DNA of 39,001 nt, from the NCBI GenBank assembly GCA_050998655.1, contig JBPCPZ010000128.1, positions 1 through 39,001 of the forward strand. The letters are read 5' to 3'. The position numbers and the translations under genes were made by a program. Position 1 is the first letter of the stretch. Each line of letters opens with the position of its first letter. The notes below the pieces were generated by a model. The model was given only the letters and a program-made list of their open reading frames with translations, was not told the origin of the DNA and did not search any database. The DNA is from Actinomycetota bacterium (lineage in GTDB: Bacteria; Actinomycetota; CADDZG01; WHSQ01). Shown piece by piece: positions 38,181 to 39,001 of this stretch.

Positions 38181-39000
38181 GGAGATGAAAAGGCAGTTCG
38201 AGCGCGCTGCGGACCGAGTGGAGGCGCCTCCGACTGATTATGAGAGTGTGTTCCGAGGTGGACGTAGCCGGCTGTGGCGGGCGCGTGCCAGCGCTGTATT
38301 GTTGAGTGGAGCTTTGGCGGCCGCGGGATTTTCGCTTCTGAGTCTTCCCGAGGATGCCGCCGATGAATCATCAGAAAGGGTGCAGTCCGCAGCCCAGGAG
38401 ACTGCGACGGTTCCAGCCCCCAGGGTGGCGACGTTCGCGGTGAGAGCGGTTGCCCAGGCTGGTGTGCTCAACCCAGCAGGGGACTTTAGCGACTACAAGA
38501 GTGTGGAGAGCATCCAGAACGGCTGGGTGGCCAACTTCGACGCGTTCATATGCGGGACCGCAACTTGCGACCCCAACCCCGGGGGAAACTCTCAGCTGAC
38601 GATCGAGGTGCGAGGAGATACGCTTGTCGTTACCGAAGCAAGCGGCCCAATTGGGGACGACGCGCTCCAGAGTCTCTTGAGCTATCGGGAACAGGTGACT
38701 TCGGAGGAAGTTGGTTTGCAGTTTCCGTTCCTAAGGATAGGAGGATCCCCCGACGAGGGCACTAGCATCCTGGCCTCGCCCTTATGGACTGGTCCCATAC
38801 CAGCGTCCGGGGTTCAGATGGAGTGTCATCTAAGCGTCAAGGACAACGATGGCGTGGTTGTCTTCGAGCGAACGCTCGTTGAGCCTCTTCCTCAAAGGGA
38901 GGAGATGCGTGCCGGAACGAAGTTCATCTTGGGTATACCGGGTGATTTGGCTCAGGAAGCATCTAATGCCGAACTTGTTTGCGACACCACCACTCAATAG
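38173..39000 (+). CDS. single-pass membrane protein downstream of the ECF sigma (putative anti-sigma / sensor; extracytoplasmic domain of unknown family)
   Basis: The ATG at 38173 overlaps the sigma stop by 8 nt. It has a cytoplasmic segment of about 40 aa, then TM ASAVLLSGALAAAGFSLLSL, then about 215 aa with no motif I recognise. No zf-HC2 motif. Confidence 0.6.
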   Translation: MSEEMKRQFERAADRVEAPPTDYESVFRGGRSRLWRARASAVLLSGALAAAGFSLLSLPEDAADESSERVQSAAQETATVPAPRVATFAVRAVAQAGVLNPAGDFSDYKSVESIQNGWVANFDAFICGTATCDPNPGGNSQLTIEVRGDTLVVTEASGPIGDDALQSLLSYREQVTSEEVGLQFPFLRIGGSPDEGTSILASPLWTGPIPASGVQMECHLSVKDNDGVVVFERTLVEPLPQREEMRAGTKFILGIPGDLAQEASNAELVCDTTTQ

Positions 39001-39001
39001 A

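Overview
This 39 kb window is high-GC (roughly 65-70% over most of it) and looks like a chromosomal segment from an Actinomycetota-like organism. The evidence is an Rpf-type transglycosylase, an F420 reductase, an actinobacterial Sdh2-type SdhD, ECF sigma/RskA pairs, and many GTGA/ATGA-coupled genes.

Most of it is densely packed core metabolism:
- a sulfate-activation operon (sat, an AlkP-family enzyme, cysC, a PHP phosphatase, a GNAT)
- an AceE-like E1 enzyme
- a methyltransferase / M14 carboxypeptidase / GNAT operon
- icd-mdh-thioredoxin
- an ECF sigma/anti-sigma pair and a lipid kinase
- sdhDAB, divergent from a split methylmalonyl-CoA mutase subunit
- an operon carrying signal peptidase, a nucleotidyltransferase and YjbQ
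- birA and mug
- a membrane protein with a YtrA-like regulator
- a liuB-liuC-liuD-like acyl-CoA carboxylase cluster.

I found no rRNA, tRNA or CRISPR array, and no recognisable canonical defence system.

The features most worth a second look are:
1. An in-frame TAG interrupts an otherwise intact biotin carboxylase/BCCP gene next to birA.
2. A candidate c-di-AMP (ydaO-type) riboswitch lies upstream of the Rpf-like gene.
3. The PAPS-making and pAp-recycling operon contains an uncharacterised alkaline-phosphatase-superfamily enzyme and has no visible PAPS consumer.
4. The sdh operon lacks sdhC.
5. GC content drops sharply from about 35.9 kb to the window end. That stretch holds a decayed IS3-family transposase and a divergent module of an RTX-like secreted protein, an ECF sigma factor and a membrane protein.

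Functional calls rest on motifs I recognised by eye in the supplied translations. No database search was run.
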